Shown here: positions 39,180 to 47,946 of the stretch, one piece after another | Layout of the letters: each line of letters starts with the position of its first letter | Numbering within the stretch: the first letter of the stretch is position 1 | NCBI GenBank assembly: GCA_045106895.1 | Contig: JBGCFM010000012.1 | Span: 36,449-100,448, forward strand | Length of the DNA stretch: 64,000 bases | Reading direction: 5' to 3' | DNA from: Polyangiales bacterium | GTDB taxonomy: Bacteria > Myxococcota_A > Polyangia > Polyangiales > Houyiibacteriaceae | Notes under the pieces: model-generated | Database searches by the model: none | Told to the model about the DNA's origin: nothing | Seen by the model: the letters and a program-made list of their open reading frames with translations, nothing else | Made by a program: the position numbers and the translations under genes

Positions 39180-39356
39180 TTCGACATATCCGCGCAAACT
39201 CGTGTTGCCGATTGGACGCACTGGCCATAGGTCCGTGGACAAATCGCCTCACTGGAGCGGCCCGAATGGAATGACCCGAACTCGGGCAGTGTATTGACGC
39301 CAAATGCGGCTCACCTTCCGTCGCTCCAGACTTTGAACCTGTTAGGCTCCGCATCT

Positions 39357-42023
39357 GTGCCCACCCTCGACATACCCCTATTTGGCAACATTGCCCTCTG
39401 CCTTGTCATGGTGTCTGCGGCGTACACGCTGGCGATGGCGCTCGGGGCTGGCAAAGGGCGCCTGAACCTCCTCGCAGCGGCGCGCTCCGGAGCCTTCGCG
39501 ACGTGCACCTTCATCGCCCTCGCCATCTCGCTTCTTGCGTACGCGTTCCAGAGCCACGACTTCCGCATCATCTACGTCGCTCGCTACAGCGACCGCTCGA
39601 TGCCTTGGTACTACCTCTTCACGTCTCTGTGGGGCGGACAAGACGGCTCGCTCCTCTGGTGGCTCTTCTTGCTCTCCGGTTACACCGCAGCATGCGTGCG
39701 CTGGCTCCGGGGCAAGTACGTCGAACTGCAACCTTGGATCATCGCGACGCTGATGGGCATCATGCTCTTCTTCAGCATCGTCATGCTCTTCGCGGCGAAC
39801 CCGTTCCAGACGTACATCGCCACGACGCCGCCGGATGGCGAAGGCCTCAACCCGCTCCTTCAGAACTACTGGATGGTCATCCATCCGCCGAGCCTCTACA
39901 TGGGCTTCGTCGGCTGGTCGGTTCCCTTCGCCTTCGTCATCGCCGCCCTCGTCACGGGCCGACTCGACGAAGAGTGGATCAAGGGCGCGCGCCTCTGGGC
40001 GATGATCGCTTGGACCTTCCTGAGCGTCGGCCTCTTGCTGGGCTGTCTCTGGTCCTACGAAGAGCTCGGCTGGGGCGGCTACTGGGCGTGGGACCCCGTC
40101 GAGAACGCGAGCTTCATGCCGTGGCTCGTGGGCACCGCCTACCTGCACTCGGCCATCGTTCAAGAGCGCTACGGCATGCTCAAGGTGTGGAACGTCTTCT
40201 TGATGTGTTTCACCTTCTTCATGACGATTTTCGGCACGTTCCTGACGCGTTCCGGCCTCATCGCCAGCGTTCATAGTTTCGCGCGCTCGGACATCGGCGT
40301 CTACTTCGTCCACTTCATGTTCCTCATCGCCTTCGTGTGCATCGCCCTGGTGGCGTGGCGCTTTGGGCGCCTGAAAGCCAAGCACCGAATCGAAGCGCTC
40401 CTAAGCCGCGAGTTCATGTTCTTGCTGAACAACTGGGTGCTGCTCGGCATGATGTTCTTCGTCCTCGTCACCACGACCTGGCCGCTCATCAGCGACTGGA
40501 TTCGTGGCCAAGAGGTCACCGTCGGCCCCGGCTTCTACAACGAGTGGATGGTCCCGCTGGGTCTTATCCTGCTCTTCTTGATGGGCGTCGGACCGCTGGT
40601 CAGCTGGCGCAAAGCCACAGGCAAAAACCTACGGCGCGCGATGATGATGCCGATGGCCCTCGGCGCCGTCGTCTTCGTGATTCATCTCCTCGCTGGCAAC
40701 TCCATGGGTTACCCGCCGTTCCGCGACGCCTACGAGATCTACCAGACCGCCACCGGCGGCATCCTTAGCTACTTCCACGTCGTCGCACCCATCACGGCCA
40801 CGGCACTCAGCGCGGTGGTCTTCGGAACGATTCTCCAGGAGTTCATTCGTGGCGCCCGCGTCCGCATGCGCTCCAAGAAAGAGTCCCTGCTATCGGCGCT
40901 CTACCAGCTCATCAGCCGAGCCCGCCGACGCTACGGCGGATACATCGTTCACCTCGGTATCGTGGTCATGTACTTCGGCTTCACCGGTGCGGTGTACGAC
41001 CGCGACGCGGAAGCGGCGCTCAGGCCCGGCGAGACCATGCAGGTCGGCAACTGCACAGACGAGAGCGAAGTGGGCGGCGCTTGCCACACGTTCCGCTACG
41101 ACGCGCCGGTCACCACGAATGACCCGAACAAACGCGCCGTGTATGGACGCATGACGCTGCTCGACGAAGACGGCGGCGAAATCGGGCAGGTCAACCCGGC
41201 GAAGTTCATCTACCGAACGCACCCCGACATGCCCACGACGGAGGTCGCGATTCGCAGCCGCGCGGACGAGGACCTCTACGTCATTCTCAGCACGGTGGAC
41301 CCACAGACCCAGCGCGCCACGTTCCGAATCATCGTGCGACCTTTCGTCGTTTGGATCTGGATCGGCGGTCTCATTCTTCTCCTGGGCTCGCTCATCTCCA
41401 TGTGGCCCACGGCGCGTCAGCTCGCCCTCAACAAGCGGCGAAAGCGAAACCGCGGCGCGGACACCGGCAAGAAAAAGAAGGGTCCAAGCAAGGCTGCCGG
41501 CGTCGCCATCGCGCTCCTGGCCTGGCTCCTCAGCTATGGGAACGTAGCCGAGGCGCAGAACGACAGCACGAGCTCGCTCCACGCCGGCACCGTTGTCATC
41601 GACGACCCAGGCGAGCGGCAACTCTTCGGACAGCTGCTCTGCCAGTGCGGCTCCTGCGCACGCCTTCCGCTCGACTCCTGCAGCTGCTCTTGGGCCGACG
41701 AAGCCCGCGCTGAGCTTCGCCTTCAGATGGAAGCGGGCGCTCAACCTCTCGACCTCATCGCGCGCTTTCGTGCACAACACGGTGCTGCAGCGATCTCGAT
41801 TCCTTCCGACGAAGGCTTCGACCGGCTCATCTGGGCGGTGCCGATCGCGGTCTTTGCCGTGGCGGCCTTCGGCGTGGTTCTCATCGGCCGCCGCTGGAGA
41901 ACGGCGTCGCCGGAGAGCGTGAGCGATGGCGAGGACGGCGAATCAAGCGCCGACGACGATGATAGCGACGACGACTACGACGACAAACTCGACGCTGAGC
42001 TTCGACGATTGGAGCGCGACTAA
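39357..42023 (+). CDS. ccmF: Cytochrome c heme lyase CcmF fused to CcmH-like domain
   Basis: LWGGQDGSLL, IHPP, WGGYWAWDPVENAS, SVHSF. C-terminal LLCQCGSC..CSC plus TM. Start uncertain. Confidence 0.93.
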   Translation: MPTLDIPLFGNIALCLVMVSAAYTLAMALGAGKGRLNLLAAARSGAFATCTFIALAISLLAYAFQSHDFRIIYVARYSDRSMPWYYLFTSLWGGQDGSLLWWLFLLSGYTAACVRWLRGKYVELQPWIIATLMGIMLFFSIVMLFAANPFQTYIATTPPDGEGLNPLLQNYWMVIHPPSLYMGFVGWSVPFAFVIAALVTGRLDEEWIKGARLWAMIAWTFLSVGLLLGCLWSYEELGWGGYWAWDPVENASFMPWLVGTAYLHSAIVQERYGMLKVWNVFLMCFTFFMTIFGTFLTRSGLIASVHSFARSDIGVYFVHFMFLIAFVCIALVAWRFGRLKAKHRIEALLSREFMFLLNNWVLLGMMFFVLVTTTWPLISDWIRGQEVTVGPGFYNEWMVPLGLILLFLMGVGPLVSWRKATGKNLRRAMMMPMALGAVVFVIHLLAGNSMGYPPFRDAYEIYQTATGGILSYFHVVAPITATALSAVVFGTILQEFIRGARVRMRSKKESLLSALYQLISRARRRYGGYIVHLGIVVMYFGFTGAVYDRDAEAALRPGETMQVGNCTDESEVGGACHTFRYDAPVTTNDPNKRAVYGRMTLLDEDGGEIGQVNPAKFIYRTHPDMPTTEVAIRSRADEDLYVILSTVDPQTQRATFRIIVRPFVVWIWIGGLILLLGSLISMWPTARQLALNKRRKRNRGADTGKKKKGPSKAAGVAIALLAWLLSYGNVAEAQNDSTSSLHAGTVVIDDPGERQLFGQLLCQCGSCARLPLDSCSCSWADEARAELRLQMEAGAQPLDLIARFRAQHGAAAISIPSDEGFDRLIWAVPIAVFAVAAFGVVLIGRRWRTASPESVSDGEDGESSADDDDSDDDYDDKLDAELRRLERD

Positions 42024-42697
42024 TGCGTGGACTCATACGCTTCTTCGACGCGCTCGGAAGCGCAGGCCTCCTTCCGTTCTTTTTTGCCGCGGCAGCCACC
42101 TGTGCGTTGTTCGCCGCGCTCTTCTTTTTGTGGCGAAGTCTTCGGGCTGCTTTTGGCGCTGCGGACTCCTTTCATCTGCCTTCGGCGGAAGCAGAATCGC
42201 GTCGCATCCTTGAAGAGCGCAAGACGGCGCTACTCTCGAACCTTGCCGACCTCGAGTTCGAGCACGCCGGAGATAAGATCAGCGACGAGGACTACGAAGC
42301 CCTCGACAAGAAGCTGCGCGCAGAAGCCAAGCGTGTACTTCGTCTCCTCGACGATGACGTGAAGCCTTATCGCGCCAAGGCCGAGAAGCGCCTCAAGAAC
42401 TATCTCTCCGAGCGCGGCGCTCCTTACCGTGAGCAGGCTGAAAAGCCTCTCGCGGCGGACCCATCGGTGGAAGAGGCGAGGCCCGAGGCCGCTGAGCCAG
42501 ACGACGAAGCGAGCGCCGAAGCCGACAAGGCGAGCGACGCCGCTGAGAAAGACGCCGCTGAGAACGTGTGTAAAGAATGCGACACCGTCAACGACGCGGA
42601 CGCCGCGTTCTGCAAGAAGTGCGGAACTCCGATGAGCGAAGCGGACAACACGGACGACACGGACGAAGTAGATAGCGCCGAGGAGGACTCACCATGA
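42023..42697 (+). CDS. CcmI-N-like membrane protein with zinc ribbon
   Basis: TM. LADLEFEH.GDKISDEDY. CKEC..N..DA.FCKKCG. TAATG coupling. Confidence 0.7.
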   Translation: MRGLIRFFDALGSAGLLPFFFAAAATCALFAALFFLWRSLRAAFGAADSFHLPSAEAESRRILEERKTALLSNLADLEFEHAGDKISDEDYEALDKKLRAEAKRVLRLLDDDVKPYRAKAEKRLKNYLSERGAPYREQAEKPLAADPSVEEARPEAAEPDDEASAEADKASDAAEKDAAENVCKECDTVNDADAAFCKKCGTPMSEADNTDDTDEVDSAEEDSP

Positions 42698-44277
42698 AGA
42701 CGTCCATCACAAAGGCTGCGTTGGTTCTGTTCTGCGGCCTCGCCTTCGCCGGCACCGCGAGTGCGCAGACTCCGCCAGAGACCCCTCCGGAAGCGCAGCC
42801 CACCACCCCGCCGGCAGGTCCAGCGGACATCATCAACGGCGCGCGCCAAGCACGTGAAGCTGCCGAGGCCGAAGCCGCTCAACGCGCCGGAGCTCCAAGC
42901 GAGCGAGAACGCGCAGCCCTCGACCGCGCACGCGGCGCCAACGAACCACTCGCGTCGTCACGCGTCAGCACCGACGTTCCAGCGGGGACCATTCGCGTCA
43001 TCGTCACCGACGGAGCGGGCAACCGCATCGCCGGGGCGCCGGTTCGAATCGGCGTCATGGTTCAGGCAGGTTCCCGCGAAGAGCACACGGGCGTGACCGA
43101 TTCCGCGGGTCAGTACGAACAGTCCGACCTTCCCACCGGCTCGGCGCAAGCCTATCGCGTGACTGTGGAGCACAACGGCGCCCGCTACGGAACTCAGCCT
43201 TTCCGCCTTGATCCAAACCGCGGCCAGATCGCTCAGATTCGCCGTGTGGCGACGACCACGAGCCAAGAAGCTGTGCTGATCACCATCGGCCAGATGATGC
43301 TCGAGTACAAGAGCGGCCGCATCCACGTCACCGAGCAGATGCGGCTGACGAACCTCAGTGACACGACGGTGGTCTTCGAGAACGGCGTCGACATCGCCCT
43401 TCCCATCGACTTCACAGCTTTCCAATCACAGGCAGTGATGAGCGACCAGCAGGTCACACCGACGGACTCAGGCTTCAAGCTCGAAGGCTCGCTGCCGCCG
43501 GGAACCATCACGCTCACCTGGGCCTACGATGTACCGCTGAGCGACACCTTTGCGGCCATCCAGCGTCCTCTGCCATTCAAGACGTATCGCTACCGCGTCA
43601 TCACGGACGCATCCGAAGGCATGAGCTTGAGCGTCGTCGGTTTTCCGGAGCCCGAGGCACACGAATCTGAAGGCCGACGCGTGCTGCTGACCTCCGTAGA
43701 GAGAAGCCCCGAAGACGACCGCCTCGAGAACGTTGTCGTTCGCATTGAAGGCATCCCGCGCCCTGGACCGATGCGTTTCGTCGCCGTCGGCGGCATGTTC
43801 ATGCTGATGTTCTTCGGCCTGATGCTCCTTCTGAACACCGAACGCCGCGACGACAGCCTCAAGCGCGCTCGGGCGCTGCGCCGCGATGAGCTCCTCGCCG
43901 AGGCGGAAGAACTTCAGCGCAACTTTGAAGCGGCGGAAGTGGGCCCCAAGTATCTGACGCGTAGGATGGACGAGATTCTCGACGAGCTCGCGAGTCTCGA
44001 ACGGCTCGCCGAAGCGGGCAAAGATGTCGGGACCAGCAAGCTTCAGATCGACATGTCGGGCCTCGTCATCGGCGCCATCGGCATCTTGGGTGTGGCCATG
44101 GGCTACACGGCGTTTCTGTCGGTTCAGTACTTCGACCAGCCGCTCCCTTGGTGGATGAGTGCAGCAACCCTCGGACTCGTCGGCTTGTGCTTCCAGCTCT
44201 TCCGTCGTGCCGACTTCGTCCATATCCACGACGACACCTCGAAGTCTTCCAAGAACAAACGAAACAAGTCCCGCTAG
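42694..44277 (+). CDS. ccm-operon-associated exported/membrane protein (carboxypeptidase-regulatory-like domain)
   Basis: Signal ASA-Q. GTIRV.VTD, TDSAG.Y. C-terminal TMs. ATGA overlap. Confidence 0.65.
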   Translation: MKTSITKAALVLFCGLAFAGTASAQTPPETPPEAQPTTPPAGPADIINGARQAREAAEAEAAQRAGAPSERERAALDRARGANEPLASSRVSTDVPAGTIRVIVTDGAGNRIAGAPVRIGVMVQAGSREEHTGVTDSAGQYEQSDLPTGSAQAYRVTVEHNGARYGTQPFRLDPNRGQIAQIRRVATTTSQEAVLITIGQMMLEYKSGRIHVTEQMRLTNLSDTTVVFENGVDIALPIDFTAFQSQAVMSDQQVTPTDSGFKLEGSLPPGTITLTWAYDVPLSDTFAAIQRPLPFKTYRYRVITDASEGMSLSVVGFPEPEAHESEGRRVLLTSVERSPEDDRLENVVVRIEGIPRPGPMRFVAVGGMFMLMFFGLMLLLNTERRDDSLKRARALRRDELLAEAEELQRNFEAAEVGPKYLTRRMDEILDELASLERLAEAGKDVGTSKLQIDMSGLVIGAIGILGVAMGYTAFLSVQYFDQPLPWWMSAATLGLVGLCFQLFRRADFVHIHDDTSKSSKNKRNKSR

Positions 44278-44299
44278 CGGCGAGGTTCGAAGGGAAACC

Positions 44300-45061
44300 T
44301 CAGTCGTCGAAGCGGCCGCCGCGCCCGGCGCCTTCGCTAAAGCGAGCGACGCCGGCTTTCATCTCCTCGAAGACACCTTGGCCGTGGACGAACTCTTGGG
44401 CGATGGCGTCCGAGAGCGGCAGGCCGATAGCGCCGTAGGCCGAAGCACGGTCGCTCCGCATGCACGCTTGGGGAAACGCGGCGATGGTCTTCGCCAGCAG
44501 CCGGGCTTCGGCGAGGGCTTGCCCCTTCGCAACGACGCGGTTGACGAGTCCCATCCCGAGGGCTTCCTCCGCCTCCACGGGGCGGCCGGTGAGCATGAGG
44601 TCGAGGGCGCGTGAGAGCCCGATGAGCGCCGGCAGGCGCACGGTGCCGCCGTCGATGAGAGGGACTCCCCAGCGTCGACAGAAGACCCCGAGCACCGCGT
44701 CTTCTTCGGCCACGCGCAGGTCGCACCAGAGGGCAAGTTCCAGCCCCCCCGCGACGGCGTGACCCGCGATGGCCGCGATGACCGGCTTGGTCAACATCAT
44801 CCGAGATGGTCCCATCGGGCCATCCCCGAGGGCCTCGAGCCGGTTGGCGTTTCCTTCGTGTACCGCCTTCAGGTCCGCGCCAGCGCAGAAGACTCCCTCA
44901 GCGCCCGTCAGAATCGCGACCTTGAGCGTGGGGTCTGCATCGAACGTACGAAACGCCGCAGCTAACTCTTCTGCGTGAGCTCGATCGACGGCGTTCTTTC
45001 GTTGAGGTCTCTCGATGGTGACGCAGCAGATTTCACCTTCTACTTCGACTCGAATTGGCAT
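44300..45061 (-). CDS. Enoyl-CoA hydratase/crotonase family protein
   Basis: FCAGADLK, KPVIAAIAGHAVAGGLELAL.CD, GVFCRRWGVPLIDGG. Confidence 0.92.
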   Translation of the reverse strand: MPIRVEVEGEICCVTIERPQRKNAVDRAHAEELAAAFRTFDADPTLKVAILTGAEGVFCAGADLKAVHEGNANRLEALGDGPMGPSRMMLTKPVIAAIAGHAVAGGLELALWCDLRVAEEDAVLGVFCRRWGVPLIDGGTVRLPALIGLSRALDLMLTGRPVEAEEALGMGLVNRVVAKGQALAEARLLAKTIAAFPQACMRSDRASAYGAIGLPLSDAIAQEFVHGQGVFEEMKAGVARFSEGAGRGGRFDD

Positions 45062-45110
45062 GGCTCGACTCTACACGAAGATTGGGTATGCTCGCTCGGT
45101 GGTACTCAAC

Positions 45111-47423
45111 ATGCGGTTTTCTCGGTTTTTGCTCGCTGCGTTTGCGACCGCCGGCTTCGTGGTCGTCGCTCCGTCCGCCGAAGCGCAAGAGATACCGACA
45201 GACGTCGAGACCTACGAGTACACGGTGAGAGAGGGCGATACCTGTGCAGCCATTGCGGGTCGCGCTTTTGGCAATCGCCGGCGCTACGACATTATCCACC
45301 TCTACAACCCGAACATGGGCCCGCCTCCACACCGGCTCGTCGCAGGCTCCACTCTGACGCTGCCGCGCAACACCGGCCCCGACGCCCGCATCACCGCGTT
45401 CCAGCGCGAGGTGCAGGCCCGACAGCCGTCGGCCACGGACTGGCGCTCCGCGAGCCGCGGACTTGGCCTCTTTCGCGGATGGCGAGTCAACACGCTTGAA
45501 GAGAGCACCGCGGAGTTGACGTTCCAGGACGACTCCCAAGTCCACATGCGCGAGAACACCCTCGTCATCATCTACGGGGGCAGCGACGAGAGCGCTCGTC
45601 GCGTGACGACGACGCGCGCGGAGCTTCAGCGCGGCACGCTCCGCTCTCACCTTGGCGCCCTGCGCTTGCAGGTCGACACCCCGGGAAGCGAGACGTCCCT
45701 GGATGGCGGAGACGCCGTGGTCAGCGTCGACCCCGAAGGCACGTCCCGCGTCAGCAACCACGACGGTGGCCAGGCGCGCGTTCGCAGTAGCAGTGGCGGA
45801 ACGGTGCGCGTCGCGCCCGGCTTTGGTTCTGCCGTCGCACGAGGGCAGCGCCCCACCCGGCCTCGCCCTCTTCCCCCGGCGCCAACTTGGGTCGACGGTC
45901 CGGCGCGTTTCTCGGGCATCGCCAGCGAAGGCGGGAGCATCAGCGGAGAATGGAGCGCCGTTGAAACGGCCCGCGTCTACCGTATTGAAGTGCGCAAGAG
46001 CGGCGAGGAAGCCGTCGTCGCCGCGGCGGAGGTTCCAAACAACGTGACGCGCTTCGAGGTTCATCGATTGCCTGCGGGCGAGTACGAAGTCCGCCTCTCA
46101 ACCTTGGACAACGAGTTCTTTGAGAGCCGTCCGAGCCAAGCTCGCACCGTGCACGTGGCACTGGCCCGACTCGTCATCCCCGGCGTCGAGACCGAAGATG
46201 CGCTGCCGGACCCAAGCGCGGACGTCGAGACACCACGAGCGCTCCTGGGGACAATCGTAGCCGCGCCGGAAGGACTGAACTGCTCTCTTCAGAGCGCAGC
46301 ACCCTCCACCGTAGGGCCCTTGGGCATCGCGCTGACGACAACGGGAGACACCACTATTCAGTGTTCCGGTGCCGACGGCGAGTACGCGCCCTTCGTCGTA
46401 AACGTGGTGGGAGCGACGGCCTCGCCGCCTGCAGAAGAGGACACTGAACGTCCAGAGGCCGTGGCGCTGACCACCGGAGTGTCTTCCGAAGTGAGCTTTG
46501 AAGTCCGCTCGGACCTTGAGCTCCCTTCAACGGTAGAGCTCAGCAGCGACGCGCTCATCGTCGAAGACGTTCGCCGTGAAGGCACCCGCTGGTATGCGCG
46601 TGTCACCGCGTCCAGCGCCGGCGAACACCCGCTGCATTTCACCCTCGGTGGCACCGTGCTCCTCAGCGTCAACGTCGTGTCCTCGGACGCCGAAGTTGAG
46701 CCGCCGCCTCCCGCACAGCCCGAGCCAACGAGGCCTGCGCCTATCGGACAGGAAGCCTTGGGCATCTGGCAGCAGCCGAGTCTCTTTGGCTTGCGCGATC
46801 CACGCCCCGGTCAACACGCGGCGAGCGTCGGCGTGGGCAGTGGCGGCGACACCCCTTTCGGCGACGAGAGCGACACGCGCCTCGCTGTAGGTATCGAAGC
46901 GGACATCGGTGGCGTCGGACGTATCGTTGTGGGCGCACACCCCGGGCTCGACTTCGAAGGGGGCAGCTCCTTCTACGCGGGGTTCGGTCTCCACTACCAA
47001 AGCGGAGGCCTCGCGCTCTACGGCGAGCTCGCCTCATGGTTCCCCACCGGCGGCGACGACGTCATCGTCCTCGCGCCATCGTTGACGCTTGGTTACGAAG
47101 TCTCGGACCGAGTGCTCTTGCGCACGCGGCAAGGCGGCCTGATCTCCATGGAAGACGGGCCCCGGAGCTGGGCGTCAGCCTACGGCGCGGACGTGCGTAT
47201 CGCCGGCGCGTTCTTCGCGGGCGTTGAAGCCAACCTCGCCCTCGGACGCGAGAGCGGGGAGTTCTTGTCCCACTTCGGCGCCGGGCTCGCCCTTGGATTG
47301 GCCCTCGAGAGAGCGCGCGTAAGCCTCGCGCTTCATCGCTCGATCACGGACGACCTCCGCGCAGAACGAGGCGACTGGGTCGCTGCGCTTGGCGTGCGCG
47401 TGATGTTGCCAGGCCGAGAGTAG
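45111..47423 (+). CDS. Secreted LysM-FecR-Ig/FN3 protein with C-terminal beta-barrel
   Basis: Signal AEA-Q. LysM YTVREGDTC.IA. FecR T...S.AEL.F.D.S...ENT. C-terminal amphipathic strands. Confidence 0.75.
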   Translation: MRFSRFLLAAFATAGFVVVAPSAEAQEIPTDVETYEYTVREGDTCAAIAGRAFGNRRRYDIIHLYNPNMGPPPHRLVAGSTLTLPRNTGPDARITAFQREVQARQPSATDWRSASRGLGLFRGWRVNTLEESTAELTFQDDSQVHMRENTLVIIYGGSDESARRVTTTRAELQRGTLRSHLGALRLQVDTPGSETSLDGGDAVVSVDPEGTSRVSNHDGGQARVRSSSGGTVRVAPGFGSAVARGQRPTRPRPLPPAPTWVDGPARFSGIASEGGSISGEWSAVETARVYRIEVRKSGEEAVVAAAEVPNNVTRFEVHRLPAGEYEVRLSTLDNEFFESRPSQARTVHVALARLVIPGVETEDALPDPSADVETPRALLGTIVAAPEGLNCSLQSAAPSTVGPLGIALTTTGDTTIQCSGADGEYAPFVVNVVGATASPPAEEDTERPEAVALTTGVSSEVSFEVRSDLELPSTVELSSDALIVEDVRREGTRWYARVTASSAGEHPLHFTLGGTVLLSVNVVSSDAEVEPPPPAQPEPTRPAPIGQEALGIWQQPSLFGLRDPRPGQHAASVGVGSGGDTPFGDESDTRLAVGIEADIGGVGRIVVGAHPGLDFEGGSSFYAGFGLHYQSGGLALYGELASWFPTGGDDVIVLAPSLTLGYEVSDRVLLRTRQGGLISMEDGPRSWASAYGADVRIAGAFFAGVEANLALGRESGEFLSHFGAGLALGLALERARVSLALHRSITDDLRAERGDWVAALGVRVMLPGRE

Positions 47424-47932
47424 TGCCCAGTCCGACTGAGCCCACACGGGGCCCGCGGACGGACCTTTGGACACGCGGTGATTCTCCCGTCCGGCGGGTC
47501 GCCATCTGGGCCCTGGCGCTGCTCCTTGTCGCCGCGTTCGCCTCGGCCGTTGGCATCCTCGTCTCCTCCCGCCCTAACCCCTCAGACGGCGTGCGCGCTC
47601 TCCTCGAAGCGACGAAGACCAGCGATGAGGCAGCGTACGCGCGCATGAGTGAGCGCTACCGCGGCGCCCACGACCTCGTCGACTTTCGAAGGGCCCTCGC
47701 CCGCGTCAGTGAAGTGCGCAGCGCTGAAAACCTTGGGAGCCCTCCCGACTCGGGGCTCCTCGAGCGACCCGAACGGGCCGAGTTCTGCTCGAACTTCAGT
47801 GGCATCGAAGGGGTCGTCCGTGTGCATGCGGTGTGGGAGGACGGCGACTGGTTCGTCGACGCCCTCGCGGTGGATGACGCGCAAATGGACCCCGACTTTC
47901 CTGCAGGAGTCCACTGCGGCCCGCTCCGCTGA
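47423..47932 (+). CDS. Hypothetical TM protein (NTF2/DUF4864-like)
   Basis: N-terminal TM. AAYARMS..YR and WEDGDWFV. Confidence 0.5.
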   Translation: MPSPTEPTRGPRTDLWTRGDSPVRRVAIWALALLLVAAFASAVGILVSSRPNPSDGVRALLEATKTSDEAAYARMSERYRGAHDLVDFRRALARVSEVRSAENLGSPPDSGLLERPERAEFCSNFSGIEGVVRVHAVWEDGDWFVDALAVDDAQMDPDFPAGVHCGPLR

Positions 47933-47946
47933 CGGGCCGAGCGATC

